DNA of 64,000 bases from the NCBI RefSeq assembly GCF_030684315.1, contig NC_081390.1, forward strand, positions 23,173,288 through 23,237,287. Direction: 5' to 3'. The notes beneath the pieces were generated by a model, which did not search any database, had not been told where the DNA came from, and saw only the letters and a list, made by a program, of their open reading frames with translations. Made by a program: the position numbers and the translations under genes. This DNA is from Stegostoma tigrinum (lineage: Eukaryota). Of this stretch, positions 62,499 to 64,000 are shown in pieces (positions within the stretch are counted from its first letter, which is position 1; every line of letters begins with the position of its first letter).

Positions 62499-63341
62499 TC
62501 CTCCCATTGACGCAGTCATTCAATTTTTCTGTCATCGGGAGTTTGCTTAAATGAAGCAGGAGGTGGGGTTTTTCTAGGATGGAGAAAGGACTTCAGAATA
62601 TATATGGGCTAATAACAAATTTGACCCTGTTGCAATTTGCTGCTTTGCCTTGCATCAACAATTACGAGGTGGAGGTCAATCTCTATTGTCAGGGTCTAAT
62701 CTTTTGGATACGGTAGGATGCACAATAACATCAGTGACCTGACTTAAACTGTTTCTATGATCCATGCACATTAAACATCAGGGTGGGTCAGCTTAGCTCA
62801 GTTGGCTGGACAGCTGATCCGCCACACGGAATGATGCCAACAGCATGAGTTCAGTTCCTGCACGAGCTGAGTTTACCATTACGGACTCTCCTTCCCCATC
62901 TCTCCCCTCCCCTGAGGCATGTTGGCTCACAGATTAAACCATTACCACTCATCTCTCTCTCTCTCTACACAGAGAACAGCCCTGTGGTCTGGTAGGACTA
63001 TAGTGACTTTACCTTTTACATAATGAAGCAGAAAAGTAACGACACAATTACAGGAACAAGATCCTGAAGGTGACTGCTCCTCTCAACTTCAGTCAGAGAC
63101 TAGGTAAAAAAAAAGTTAAACTACGAAGGTGCAAGTGTATCATTTGCCTCAAAAGTACCAATTAACTAACACTCTTGAGACAGCCCTTTCCAAAACCACA
63201 GCCTTTACCATCTAGAAGGGCAATGGCATCAGATACGTGGCAACACCACCTTGTGAGATCCCCTCCAAGTTACATGCGATCCTGAGGTGTAATTACCTCA
63301 CTGTTCCTTCAGTGTCACCAGGTCAAACTCCTGGAACTCCC

Positions 63342-63860
63342 ACCCCAAAGTCCCTTACGCCCCAAGGTCCCTTACGCCTCAAGGTCCCTTACGCCCCAAG
63401 GTCCCTTACACCCCAAGGTCCCTTACACCCCAAGGTCCCTTACGCCCCAAAGTCCCTTACACCCCGAGGTCCCTTACACCCCAAAGTCCCTTACACCCCA
63501 AAGTCTCTTACGCCTCAAAGTCTCTTACGCCTCAAAGTCCCTTACGCCCCAAGGTCCCTTACACACCGAGGTCTCTTACACCCCGAGGTCCCTTACATCC
63601 CGAGGTCCCTTACACCCCAAAGTCTCTTACACCCCAAAGTCTCTTACATCCCAAGGTCTCTTACATCCCGAGGTCCCTTACACCCCAAAGTCTCTTACAC
63701 CCCAAAGTCTCTTACATCCCAAGGTCTCTTACATCCCAAGGTCCCTTACACCCCAAAGTCCGTTACACCCCAAAGTCTCTTACATCCCAAGGTCCCTTAC
63801 ACCCCAAAGTCCCTTACACCCCAAGGTCCCTTACGCCCCAAGGTCCCTTACACGCCAAGG
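63342..63860. repeat. Minisatellite, 17-bp unit CCCCAAGGTCCCTTACA, about 30 copies, embedded in a LINE 3' end
   Basis: Directly visible. Flanks CCTGGAACTCCC and GGACTGCAGCAGTTCAAGAAG belong to the LINE tail also seen at 36690-36925 and 44640-44970. Confidence 0.97.
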
Positions 63861-64000
63861 ACTGCAGCAGTTCAAGAAGACAGCACAGGGTCTACCTTCC
63901 CCAGGGACAGACAATATGCTGATTCACTCATTGACACTCAGAATCCATAAATAAACACTAGGTTCCTCATTCATTAATGCACAAACAGTTAGGATACCTA

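Noticed and set aside
63342-63860. CRISPR-like array
   Set aside because: Units are contiguous with no unique spacers, and the context is vertebrate.
63237-63950. Longest ORF (237 aa, Pro-rich repeats)
   Set aside because: Translation of a 17-bp minisatellite that lacks stops in all plus frames, flanked by LINE sequence; no gene evidence.

Overview
This is vertebrate genomic DNA, almost certainly from an elasmobranch (shark), judged from its repeat families: HE1-like tRNA SINEs, a DeuSINE/SacSINE1-like element, and CR1/HER1, Rex1/Babar, RTE and Penelope-like elements. The window lies inside the cadherin-23 gene (CDH23, the hair-cell tip-link cadherin) on the minus strand. Three phase-0 coding exons are clear (59214-59402, 50913-51062, 41244-41402), covering the end of EC3, EC4 and the start of EC5. 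They are followed by more than 41 kb of intron in which I could not find the next exon. Nearly all ORFs in the supplied track are repeat fragments or noise. The most notable structure is a dense set of Penelope-like element (PLE) derivatives from about five sequence families (my labels A-E). They carry roughly 20 intact or decayed minimal type I hammerhead-ribozyme motifs (CUGANGA-stemII-GAAA-palindrome-UH). Many are short fold-back insertions with 9-15 bp target-site duplications (TSDs). Some begin at the predicted ribozyme cleavage site, one is an inter-family chimera, and several are nested in other repeats. Exon, hammerhead and TSD coordinates were counted by hand; other repeat boundaries are approximate, and family names are from recognition, not database searches.
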